This document shows positions 8,981 through 17,371 of a stretch of 64,000 nt of DNA, in pieces. This DNA is from Myxococcales bacterium (GTDB lineage: Bacteria > Myxococcota_A > Polyangia > Polyangiales > DASUME01), in assembly GCA_047601445.1 (NCBI GenBank), contig JASGJH010000001.1:8256001-8320000 (forward strand), in the 5' to 3' direction. The notes below the pieces were generated by a model that saw nothing but the letters and a program-made list of their open reading frames with translations, was not told the DNA's origin and searched no databases. The translations under genes and the position numbers were made by a program. How positions within the stretch are numbered: position 1 is the first letter of the stretch; each line of letters begins with the position of its first letter.

Positions 8981-11179
8981 CTAACGAAAGGTCTCCGTCC
9001 AGATTCGCCCCGGCGTCCAGTGGACGAGCCGGCTCCCTGCCACGACGGTGTCCTTGCCGGGCGTCGATGATTGGAAGACGATGCTGCCGTCGCTGTTCGA
9101 ACGAACGGCGCCGCTGGTGGGGTCGAAGAAGAGGCCGTCGCCCGCTGCACGCATCGGTGCAATGGGGACGAGCTCGGACAGCGCCAATGGGCGCCCGGCC
9201 ACACTCGCGCTCGCCAACACGAGTAGGTATAGGAAGCTAGGCGACGGTCGCATGCCCTGCGTGCCGATGATGGGCTGTGATCCGAGCCAGCCCAAGAACC
9301 ACTGGCCCTGAGGCACGAGCGGTTCGCCGGCGTGGCTGGTGAACACGCCGAGTCCATTTTCGAGGTTGAACGCGATGTCCCAGCCGTCGGGTGAGATACC
9401 CTGGAACGCGTCAGGAGCAGAAACGTTGGCACCAACCGCGGGGCAGGTATCGGGCACGCTGAAGCGCTCTGCGCCGGTGCCGAGGTCTTTTACCCGGGTC
9501 GAGCAATCGTGCTGGACCACGAGGCCATCGGCCGACATGAATCCCTCCGAGGCGTAGACAGCGGCGGCGGTTCCGTTCTTGGCGAGCTCGACGGCGCGGC
9601 CTGTAGGCAACAGGTCTGGCGGAAGCACTACACGCGTCAGATCTGGATGCGAAGGAGTGGGGAGCTTGTGCAGAACCCATTCGGCATCGACGTCGGTCGA
9701 CTCCAGGTGCAGCAGGGTAGCGCCATCTGCCGATAGTTGTGCCCCTGAGCCGCGCAGGCCGCCGAGGAGTTTGAAGCCGCTCGCGCTGGACTCGAGCACC
9801 CAGAGTTGCCCACCGTTCTCGCCGACCTCCACGACGAAGCGACCCGACTCGGAGCCCTCGATGGAGATGACGCGGCCGCAACCAAGTTCGAAGACCGGCG
9901 ACGGAAGCGAGGTGCTGCCGATGCGGATCGGACTGCCGCTCCGACCCATCATCGCCCAATTGCCCTCGAAGTCGTCCGTGAGTGTGGATGCGTTGATGGA
10001 CCACCCGTAGTCGGCGCTCACCGTCGCGCTTCGGGTCGGAGGACTCGTATGCATATCGTAGATCGTGAAGCCGACTCCCGGCTGGTTGCCCACCGCGAGG
10101 GTGAAGGTGCCCATGCCAACGGTTCCCCATGAATCGTTGTTCGCCTGAACGACAGGGTGGGTCTCGCCTACTGGAAACACCGACACCTGCTGGCCTTCTA
10201 GTGACTGATCGAGCGGACCGAGCTGGGTCAGGATCGGCTGGTTGATGGCGAAGGTGCTGCCCGACCCGATGAGGTCCACCGTTCCGTCGAGCTCGAAGGT
10301 CTGCGCAACGCTGCCGTCGGCGTTTACGATGCGGTACGTCGTGCCGTCGCGCGTGAAGAACTTCGCGGTGCCTTCGAACCACTTCACGAACTCGCCTGCG
10401 AACTCTGGTGAAACGGAGCTCTCGTCGCCCGCGGCCCGAATGAACTCGATGACGCGTTCGCCGGCCGGCCCGTGTGCGACATAGGCGCCTTCCGCGCCCG
10501 CGATGACGTGCGCATTGCTGTAGTCCCCTGCACGCGTCCACAGTCGCGCGCCATCACTGGTGCGCCATGCGAACAGGCCCGCCGTCGTTGCTGCCCACAC
10601 CCACGAGCCGTCGAGTGCAATCTGCGCCGGGGCCACGATCATCAGTAGCCCGTTCGGGGTCACGGCTTCCGCAGGAGCCTGGTCCGAGGACTCGAGCACC
10701 ACGAGCAAGCTGTCGTCCACAGCACTGCGAAGTTCCAATTGGGAGGAGGCGTTTCTCACGAGGATCATGGAGCGGCTCATGTCGAGCGCTCTCGAGCCAA
10801 CCTCACGCGCTACGATGCTGCGTGTCGTCGTATCCCAAAGAATCCAGGCCGGAGCGAAGTATGGGTCCGTAGTGGCTTGGAGGACGCGATCTCCGGAGCG
10901 TCTCAGCAGCCGGTCGTCGTCGGGATACTCGTTGAGGCCATCTTGAATGATCGGTTCTTCGAAGGTGCCAACGCCGAGAGGCTGGCCGCAGAGAGTCCCA
11001 TTCAGAGCCTCGACCCAAGCGTCGCTCTCTTCGCGAAGCGCCATCTCGCCATTCGGACCTGGCCCGCCATCGCGGTCACGTTCGCGCTCGGGGAGCTCCG
11101 AGCTGTCGGATCCACAGGCAGTGAGAGCCAGCGTCGTGCCCCCAATCATCGAAACGAGAGCAATCATGTTCGCGCGCAT
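8981..11179 (-). CDS. beta-propeller-like lipoprotein, tandem paralog B
   Basis: MRANMIAL start matches paralog A; lipobox LTAC; long shared blocks such as WVWAATTAGLFAWRTSDGA. Confidence 0.75.
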   Translation of the reverse strand: MRANMIALVSMIGGTTLALTACGSDSSELPERERDRDGGPGPNGEMALREESDAWVEALNGTLCGQPLGVGTFEEPIIQDGLNEYPDDDRLLRRSGDRVLQATTDPYFAPAWILWDTTTRSIVAREVGSRALDMSRSMILVRNASSQLELRSAVDDSLLVVLESSDQAPAEAVTPNGLLMIVAPAQIALDGSWVWAATTAGLFAWRTSDGARLWTRAGDYSNAHVIAGAEGAYVAHGPAGERVIEFIRAAGDESSVSPEFAGEFVKWFEGTAKFFTRDGTTYRIVNADGSVAQTFELDGTVDLIGSGSTFAINQPILTQLGPLDQSLEGQQVSVFPVGETHPVVQANNDSWGTVGMGTFTLAVGNQPGVGFTIYDMHTSPPTRSATVSADYGWSINASTLTDDFEGNWAMMGRSGSPIRIGSTSLPSPVFELGCGRVISIEGSESGRFVVEVGENGGQLWVLESSASGFKLLGGLRGSGAQLSADGATLLHLESTDVDAEWVLHKLPTPSHPDLTRVVLPPDLLPTGRAVELAKNGTAAAVYASEGFMSADGLVVQHDCSTRVKDLGTGAERFSVPDTCPAVGANVSAPDAFQGISPDGWDIAFNLENGLGVFTSHAGEPLVPQGQWFLGWLGSQPIIGTQGMRPSPSFLYLLVLASASVAGRPLALSELVPIAPMRAAGDGLFFDPTSGAVRSNSDGSIVFQSSTPGKDTVVAGSRLVHWTPGRIWTETFR

Positions 11180-11362
11180 GGGGCCCCCACGGGAGCAAGC
11201 GATGGGCCAACGTCGGGGTGAAGCTCGTGCTCCCAAAGCGCACTGGAGAACCCTCGCAAATTGGGCTTTCTGCGCGTGAAACAAGCGGGTGACCTACGCG
11301 CGGCCGCAATCGAAGCTTGGGCGCGGGAACGCTCGTCGGAGAGGACGCGCAGCATTCCTCCA

Positions 11363-11376
11363 TGACATGGATGTCA
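11363..11376. promoter_or_regulatory. candidate operator palindrome TGACAT-GG-ATGTCA
   Basis: Perfect 6-bp inverted repeat, conserved upstream of both paralogs. Confidence 0.45.
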
Positions 11377-11453
11377 GGGCTCGTTGCGACGTGGTGCTCG
11401 AACGCCTGAGTAGCTCGTGGCGTCCGTCCGATGATGACGCGTGGGAGCAAAAG

Positions 11454-11527
11454 CGTTCCCGGCTGGACTCGAACCAGCAACCCCCGGCTTAGAAGGCCGA
11501 TGCACTATCCAATTGTGCTACGGGAAC
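11454..11527 (-). tRNA. tRNA-Arg (anticodon UCU), CCA not encoded
   Basis: Reverse complement GTTCCCG TAGCACAATTGGATAGTGCA TCGGC CTTCTAA GCCG ... GCTGG TTCGAGT CCAGC CGGGAAC G folds as a cloverleaf. Confidence 0.95.
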
Positions 11528-11621
11528 CTGGCTGCCCTGACGCCTCGCGGCGTCGGCAGCGTTCCCGATGATAGCAGAGGTCGCGCCCTTGTCCGGCCGG
11601 TGTCCCTGGCGGGGACGGGGG

Positions 11622-13313
11622 CTATTCGGCGGCCAGGGCCTGTTCGAGGCTGCGGGGGTCGGCGCAGCGGTTGAGGGCCGAGGCGACCGCCGAGAGGGAG
11701 GCCATCACGATGCTGGCGTGGGCGCCCACGCCGAAGCAGCGCTCGGAGCCCTTGTTGATGGTCACGTAACACACGGCGCGGGCGTCGGCGCCCTTGCCGA
11801 GTGAGTGTTCGCTGTAATCCTCGACACTGAACGAGACGCCGACCTGGTCGCGCAGCGCGCTGACGAAGGCGTCGATGGGACCGCTGCCGGTGGCGCTGAG
11901 GGTGCGGCGGCTGCCGTTGACCTCGACCTGGATCTCGTGGCGCTCGGCCGCGCCTTCGCTCTTGCTGCTGTAGCCCACCACGCGAACGGGCTCGGTGCGG
12001 TTGACGAACTCGCGCTCGAAGATGTTGCGGATTTCGGCCTTGGAGACCTCGCCCTCGGTACGCTCGGCTTCGCGCTGCACGTACTGGCTGACGGCGGCCG
12101 ACAACGACTTGGGCAGCGAGTAGCCGTAGTCTTCTTCGAGCACGTAGGCCACGCCGCCCTTGCCCGACTGGCTGTTGACGCGGATCACCGCTTCGTAGGT
12201 GCGCCCCAGGTCCTCGGGGTCGATCGGGAGATAGGGAACCTCCCACAGCTCACCTCCGCCCTCGCGCAGCGCCTTGAAGCCCTTCTTGATGGCGTCCTGG
12301 TGGGAGCCCGAGAAGGCCGTGTATACGAGCTCGCCAGCGTAGGGATGACGCGGATGCACGGGCAAGCGATTGCAGTGCTCGACGGTGCGCTTGAGCGCGT
12401 CGATGTCGTGGATCTCGAGCTCGGGGTCCACGCCCTGGGAGAACAGGTTGAGCGCCAGGGTCACCACGTCCACGTTGCCGGTGCGCTCGCCGTTGCCGAA
12501 CAGGGTGCCTTCCACGCGGTCGGCGCCCGCCATCACTGCGAGCTCGGCGGCCGCCACCGCGGTGCCGCGATCGTTGTGGGGATGCACGCTGAGCACCACG
12601 TGGGCGCGCTGCTTCAGGTTGCGGTGCATCCACTCGATTTGGTCGGCGTACACGTTGGGCGTCGCCATCTCCACCGTGGCCGGCAAGTTGATGATCACCT
12701 TGCGATCGGGACGAGCGCCCCAGGTGTCGATCACTGCCTCGCAAACCTCCAGAGCGAAGTCGAGCTCGGTGCCCGTGAAGCTCTCCGGCGAGTACTCGAG
12801 CACCACCTCGGTGCCGGTCAGGCGCTCGGCGAGCTCGCGCACCAGCTGGGTGCCGCGTACGGCGATGTCCAGGATGCCCGCGCGATCCAGGCCGAACACG
12901 ACCCGGCGCTGCAGGGTGCTGGTGGAGTTGTAGAGGTGCACGATGGCGCGCTTGGCGCCCCGGATGGCCTCGAAGGTGCGCTCGATGAGCTCGGGACGCG
13001 CCTGGGTCAGCACCTGGATGGTGACGTCTCCGGGGACGAGCCCGTCATCGATGATCTGGCGCACGAAGTCGAAGTCCGGCTGCGATGCGCTCGGAAAGCC
13101 GACCTCGATCTCCTTGAAGCCCATGCGCACGAGCTCGTTCCACATGCGCAGCTTGCGCTCGGGACCCATCGGCTCGACCAGCGCCTGGTTGCCGTCCCGT
13201 AGATCCACCGAGCACCACTGCGGGGCGCGCTCGATGACGCGGCTGGGCCAGCTGCGGTCGGGCAGCTGGATCGCTGGGAAGGGGCGGTACTTGTGGAATT
13301 TCATCTGTGACAT
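11622..13313 (-). CDS. leuA: 2-isopropylmalate synthase (LeuA type 2)
   Basis: WCSVDLRDGNQAL, EIEVGFPSAS, YSPESF, INLPATVE, SVHPHNDRGT, GNGERTGN, FSGSHQDAI, IRVNSQSGKGG, C-terminal GSGPIDA regulatory domain. Confidence 0.97.
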   Translation of the reverse strand: MSQMKFHKYRPFPAIQLPDRSWPSRVIERAPQWCSVDLRDGNQALVEPMGPERKLRMWNELVRMGFKEIEVGFPSASQPDFDFVRQIIDDGLVPGDVTIQVLTQARPELIERTFEAIRGAKRAIVHLYNSTSTLQRRVVFGLDRAGILDIAVRGTQLVRELAERLTGTEVVLEYSPESFTGTELDFALEVCEAVIDTWGARPDRKVIINLPATVEMATPNVYADQIEWMHRNLKQRAHVVLSVHPHNDRGTAVAAAELAVMAGADRVEGTLFGNGERTGNVDVVTLALNLFSQGVDPELEIHDIDALKRTVEHCNRLPVHPRHPYAGELVYTAFSGSHQDAIKKGFKALREGGGELWEVPYLPIDPEDLGRTYEAVIRVNSQSGKGGVAYVLEEDYGYSLPKSLSAAVSQYVQREAERTEGEVSKAEIRNIFEREFVNRTEPVRVVGYSSKSEGAAERHEIQVEVNGSRRTLSATGSGPIDAFVSALRDQVGVSFSVEDYSEHSLGKGADARAVCYVTINKGSERCFGVGAHASIVMASLSAVASALNRCADPRSLEQALAAE

Positions 13314-13409
13314 CGAGGAGCTCCGTGCTGAGGTGGAGTCGTCGCGGTCACATGCGTAGGACCCCACCGGAAACTGGAACCGAGGGGGCGAAGCGCGAAC
13401 CTGAACCGT

Positions 13410-13490
13410 TCAGCGAGCGCGGAAGCCCCCGGGCACTAGGCCTAGGCCTAGCGCTAGGAGACTGGACGTGAGCGCGCGCGAGGAAACCAT
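13410..13490 (-). promoter_or_regulatory. leucine-sensing leader peptide MVSSRALTSSLLALGLGLVPGGFRAR (attenuator uORF)
   Basis: 26-codon ORF containing CTC CTA GCG CTA GGC CTA GGC CTA; ends about 97 nt upstream of leuA. Confidence 0.8.
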
Positions 13491-13544
13491 TCAGGGGCCA
13501 ATCTACTCGGCCGCTACGCCCGTGTCCAGGCCCGTCGGTGGGCG

Positions 13545-13563
13545 GGGAGGTCACGCGACCTCC
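13545..13563 (+). repeat. REP-like repeat, first hairpin only
   Basis: GGGAGGTCACGCGACCTCC. Confidence 0.6.
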
Positions 13564-13687
13564 GCGTTGGCCGGGGCTGTCGGTTGCTGGACGGGCGACC
13601 ACGAGCTGGCCGAAAATGCGCGCTTCGAGGCCTTGGCGCAGGGAAGTCGACCCGCCGAGAGCGCCTCTCAGGAAGGAAGAGCCCGGC

Positions 13688-15421
13688 GTGGACAAAGGGA
13701 TTCGGGGCTGGCTTCAAGGTCTCTTGGCGGCGCTGGCCCTGGCCGTGGGTGCCCCATTGGAGGCGCATGCCCAGGTCGCCCTGGACCATTATCGTCCGGC
13801 CCCTCTGGCCACCGACGGCTTCGGAACCAGCCGAGCCGACGGGCTCGGGCACCTCAAGTTCGGTGCCCAGCTGCAGCTCGACTACGGCCACGACCCACTC
13901 GTGCTGCGAACCGCCGGTGGCAGCGAGATGTCCATCGTGAGCGACCAGTTGGTGGGCCACGCCGCGTTCGCGCTGGGGTTGTTCGACAAGCTCACGCTGT
14001 TCGCCGGGCTGCCCGTGCAGCTCAGCATGAAGGGCGACGGCAGCACCGATGGGGCAGGGCTCGGAGACGTCTGGCTCGGAGGCCGCTTCACGTTCCTGGG
14101 TGGACCGAAGCATTCCTTCCGCCTTGGCGCCGAGGCCATCGCGAACTTGCCGACCGCGCAGTGGAGCGACGACCAACAGCGCTTCTCCGGCGACGACATC
14201 GGGAGCTACGACCTGGCCCTGATGATTCAGGGCAACATCAAACGCCTCGTGCTCGGGTTGCGACCGGGGGTGCGCCTGCGCAAGCAGGAGCGCATCGACG
14301 ACAGCTTGCAGATCGGCGATGAGCTGTTGTTCTCGGGCTACGCGCAGCTGCGCTTGATCGACGCGCTCTCCGCCTACGCCGAAGTGTTCGGCAACACGGC
14401 GTTCGACGCGTTCTTCCAGGCGCGCTCCACGCCGGTGGAGGCGCTGTTCGGGCTCAAGGCCTGGATCTCCGACTTCATGCTGGGCTTCGCGGCTGGACCG
14501 GGCCTGTCGCGTGGCTACGGCGCCGCCGAATATCGGCTGGTGGGCACCCTCGGCTACGCGCAGCGCGCGACGAGCGCGGACAAGCGGGACCTCGATCCGG
14601 ACCGCGACGGCGTACGCGAGCCTTGGGACAGCTGCCCCACCGAGCGCGAAGACCGCGACGGCTTCGAGGACAAGGACGGCTGTCCTGACGCGGACAACGA
14701 CGGAGATGGCCTGCTCGACACGCAGGATCGCTGTCCGAACGAGCCCGAGGATCGAGACGGCTTCGGTGACGACGACGGCTGCCTCGACGCGGATAACGAC
14801 GGCGACGACCTGCTCGACGCCGACGACCGTTGCCCGCTGGAGACCGAGGACAAAGACGGCTTCCAGGACGACGATGGTTGCCTCGACCGCGACAACGACG
14901 GCGACGGTGTGCCGGACGTCGACGACAAGTGCCCGAACCAGGCAGGTACGGTGGAGCAGATGGGCTGCCCTGCGCCGGCACCACCGCCGCCGCCCGCGCG
15001 CCCGCCGGTTGCCGTGCTGGAGAAGGGCGAGATCAAGATCCGCGAGCGCATCGAGTTCGCGGTCAACAAGGACAGCATCTTGCCTGGCAGCACGCCGGTG
15101 CTCGAGGCCGTCGAGGAGGTGCTCAAGGCGCACCCCGAGGTCAAGCGACTGCGCGTCGAGGGTCACACCGACAGCCGTGGCGGCGAAGCGCGCAACATGG
15201 AGCTCTCGCGCAAGCGCGCCGCGTCGGTCACGCGCTGGCTGGTGGAGCATGGCATCGAGGCCGAGCGCCTCGAGTCCGTGGGGTGTGGACCGCGTCGCCC
15301 GCGTGAGCCGAACATCACGGCGGGCAGCCGGCGCAAGAATCGGCGCGTGGAGTTCCACCTGGTGGATCCGGCGCCCGCGCAGGGCGTGGACGCTTCGATG
15401 TGCAAGGCAGCGCCCCGCTGA
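13688..15421 (+). CDS. OmpA-family protein: N-terminal beta-barrel, thrombospondin type 3 repeats, OmpA C-terminal domain (TraB-like architecture)
   Basis: Signal peptide ending AHA; DxDxDG..D.CP repeats; VEGHTDSRG, NMELSRKRA, NRRVEF. Confidence 0.88.
   Translation: MDKGIRGWLQGLLAALALAVGAPLEAHAQVALDHYRPAPLATDGFGTSRADGLGHLKFGAQLQLDYGHDPLVLRTAGGSEMSIVSDQLVGHAAFALGLFDKLTLFAGLPVQLSMKGDGSTDGAGLGDVWLGGRFTFLGGPKHSFRLGAEAIANLPTAQWSDDQQRFSGDDIGSYDLALMIQGNIKRLVLGLRPGVRLRKQERIDDSLQIGDELLFSGYAQLRLIDALSAYAEVFGNTAFDAFFQARSTPVEALFGLKAWISDFMLGFAAGPGLSRGYGAAEYRLVGTLGYAQRATSADKRDLDPDRDGVREPWDSCPTEREDRDGFEDKDGCPDADNDGDGLLDTQDRCPNEPEDRDGFGDDDGCLDADNDGDDLLDADDRCPLETEDKDGFQDDDGCLDRDNDGDGVPDVDDKCPNQAGTVEQMGCPAPAPPPPPARPPVAVLEKGEIKIRERIEFAVNKDSILPGSTPVLEAVEEVLKAHPEVKRLRVEGHTDSRGGEARNMELSRKRAASVTRWLVEHGIEAERLESVGCGPRRPREPNITAGSRRKNRRVEFHLVDPAPAQGVDASMCKAAPR
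14594..14938 (+). repeat. intragenic 99-bp (33-aa) TSP3 repeats, about 3.5 units
   Basis: Units start at 14594, 14693, 14792 and 14891. Confidence 0.85.
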
Positions 15422-15426
15422 TTTGC

Positions 15427-15477
15427 GGGGAGGTCACGCGACCTCTCCAAGCCTCCGCGAGGTTCGCTTCGCGCACG
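15427..15477 (+). repeat. REP-like repeat, internally deleted copy
   Basis: GGGGAGGTCACGCGACCTC joined to CCGCGAGGTTCGCTTCGCGCACG. Confidence 0.7.
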
Positions 15478-15819
15478 ACGTGCCTCCTTCGAGCGCGTTG
15501 ACTGCTCGCTTCCTTGCTCGCTTCGCCTGCGCGGCCACTGAGCCTGTCGCCATGGCGACTGAAAGAGCCGCAACGACGATTGACGCGTTACGCGCGTTCT
15601 GTGAGCCAGCCCCACCAAGATCGCGGGGAAGGCTACCGATGCGGCAGAAATCGCGCTGAAAGCTGGCTCACGCTCGCGTCGCACTGAGACGGACGACGAC
15701 GGGGACATCGCCGCGCCGAAAAGGTGCGACATTGCGCGGCCCGTCTCTCACGCAGTGACTCGCACGTGATGGTGACGGCGCGTCCGCCGTGCTGCGCGTG
15801 AAGGCGGCCGTGTGGGCGG

Positions 15820-15835
15820 CGGCACGACTCCTGCT
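15820..15835 (+). promoter_or_regulatory. candidate sigma54 (-24/-12) promoter of the precursor array
   Basis: C-GG-CACGACTCCT-GC-T against consensus TGGCACGnnnnTTGCW, exact 10-nt spacing, about 85 nt before the first ATG. Confidence 0.6.
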
Positions 15836-15920
15836 CAAGCACCCCGCAGCTAGTCTGACCAGACGACGTTGCTGGAACCAATCAGCTAGCCGAATCCAAA
15901 CAAAAACAGGGGAAACAATC

Positions 15921-16121
15921 ATGAAGAAGCAGATCCAGTTCGTGTCGGTTGAAGAAGCTGCCCTTGAGTCCGTGGCCGGTGGCCTGTTGGACATCCTCAA
16001 TGGCTCGCTGAACTGCAACACCATCAACGTGCTCAGCGGCATCACGCTGAACACCAAGGTCGGTGACGTGGCCAGCGACATCCTCAACATCGGCAACGAG
16101 TACTGCCAGAAGTGGTGCTGA
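15921..16121 (+). CDS. double-glycine leader precursor peptide 1 (66 aa)
   Basis: MKKQIQFVSVEEAALESVAGG|LLDILNGSLNCNTINVLSGITLNTKVGDVASDILNIGNEYCQKWC; RBS ACAGGGGAA. Confidence 0.9.
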   Translation: MKKQIQFVSVEEAALESVAGGLLDILNGSLNCNTINVLSGITLNTKVGDVASDILNIGNEYCQKWC

Positions 16122-16194
16122 ATCGTGTCTCGCCGGGCAATCGGCGAGCTCGTTTGTTGCCCGCTCTGAAACACAGAAAAACAGGGGAAAAATC

Positions 16195-16386
16195 ATGAAG
16201 AATGAAATGTTCGTTTCGGTGGATGAGAAGGCTCTCGAGACCGTCGCTGGCGGCTTGCTCGACATCCTGAATGGCTCGCTCAACGGCAACACCATCAACG
16301 TGCTCAGCGGCATCTGCGCGAACACCGAGGTGGGCGACGTTCTCAGCCACATCCTCAACATCGGCAACGAGTACGGCTGCTGGTGA
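16195..16386 (+). CDS. double-glycine leader precursor peptide 2 (63 aa)
   Basis: MKNEMFVSVDEKALETVAGG|LLDILNGSLNGNTINVLSGICANTEVGDVLSHILNIGNEYGCW. Confidence 0.9.
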   Translation: MKNEMFVSVDEKALETVAGGLLDILNGSLNGNTINVLSGICANTEVGDVLSHILNIGNEYGCW

Positions 16387-16394
16387 TCGCTCTC

Positions 16395-16426
16395 GCTCGC
16401 CGGTTCGCCGGCGAGCCCAGGTTTTT
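16395..16426 (+). terminator. UUCG-capped hairpin after precursor 2 (stabiliser or leaky terminator)
   Basis: GCTCGCCGG-TTCG-CCGGCGAGC followed by CCAGGTTTTT. Confidence 0.5.
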
Positions 16427-16487
16427 CTCGATTCCGTACAAGTCGATTCGCTACGCAACGCTCAAGCAACAACAGGGGAAATCACAA

Positions 16488-16676
16488 ATGAAGAAGCAAG
16501 AAATGTTCGTGTCGGTCGAAGAGATGGCGCTCGAGTCCGTGGCCGGTGGCCTCCTCGACATCGCCAATGGCGCGCTGAACCACAACAACATCAACGTCCT
16601 CAGCGGTCTGAGCCTCAACACCTGCGTTGGCGACGTGCTCAGCCACATCCTCAACATCGGTAACGAGGTCGGCTGA
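16488..16676 (+). CDS. double-glycine leader precursor peptide 3 (62 aa)
   Basis: MKKQEMFVSVEEMALESVAGG|LLDIANGALNHNNINVLSGLSLNTCVGDVLSHILNIGNEVG. Confidence 0.9.
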   Translation: MKKQEMFVSVEEMALESVAGGLLDIANGALNHNNINVLSGLSLNTCVGDVLSHILNIGNEVG

Positions 16677-16769
16677 TCTCGCCACTCGGCCGGGCCGCTG
16701 CCGGCGAGACCGTTTCGATTCGATCCAAGTCAAATAGCGTTTCAGCACAATAAAACAGGGGAAATCACC

Positions 16770-16958
16770 ATGAAGAACCAGGAAATGTTCGTGTCCGTCG
16801 AAGAGAAGTCGCTTGAGTCCGTGGCCGGTGGCCTGCTCGACATCGCCAATGGCGCCGTCAACGGCAACTGCATCAACGTTGCCAGCTTCATCACCGCCAA
16901 CACCTGCGTCGGCGACGTGCTGAGCCACATCCTCAACATCGGTAACGAGGTCGGTTGA
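16770..16958 (+). CDS. double-glycine leader precursor peptide 4 (62 aa)
   Basis: MKNQEMFVSVEEKSLESVAGG|LLDIANGAVNGNCINVASFITANTCVGDVLSHILNIGNEVG. Confidence 0.9.
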   Translation: MKNQEMFVSVEEKSLESVAGGLLDIANGAVNGNCINVASFITANTCVGDVLSHILNIGNEVG

Positions 16959-17171
16959 TCTCGCACCGCCGGCGCTGCCGGCGGAGGCCTTCGCGTCGCG
17001 CGAACCATCCCAAGTCACGAGATCCCGTGGCGTGGGCGCGCGCGGCGCTGCCGTGCTCGTCACGGCTTGCCCGATGGGGATAGAAGGCCGGTCGGCCCAT
17101 GCGATCGGGACTCCATCGGACACTTAGAGATACGCGAAAGTAATTGCAAAGATCACTACAGGGGGAACACC

Positions 17172-17363
17172 ATGAAGAACCAGGAAATGTTCGTTTCGGT
17201 TGACGAGAAGGCTCTTGAGAGCGTCGCGGGCGGACTGCTCGACATCCTCAACGGCGCGCTGAACGGCAACACGATCAACCTGCTCAGCGGCATCGAGCTG
17301 AACACGGCGATCGGCGACGTCCTCAGCAACATCGGCAACATCGGCAACGAGCTCTGCCTCTGA
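17172..17363 (+). CDS. double-glycine leader precursor peptide 5 (63 aa)
   Basis: MKNQEMFVSVDEKALESVAGG|LLDILNGALNGNTINLLSGIELNTAIGDVLSNIGNIGNELCL. Confidence 0.9.
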   Translation: MKNQEMFVSVDEKALESVAGGLLDILNGALNGNTINLLSGIELNTAIGDVLSNIGNIGNELCL

Positions 17364-17371
17364 TACCCGGC

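Noticed and set aside
15921..17363. Lanthipeptide or proteusin-type RiPP cluster
   Set aside because: No modifying enzyme in the window, Cys positions are not conserved, and the leaders are short GG-type rather than NHLP/Nif11; enzymes encoded elsewhere cannot be excluded
15921..17363. CRISPR or non-coding tandem repeat
   Set aside because: Each unit has an RBS, ATG, intact frame and synonymous variation, so these are coding paralogs
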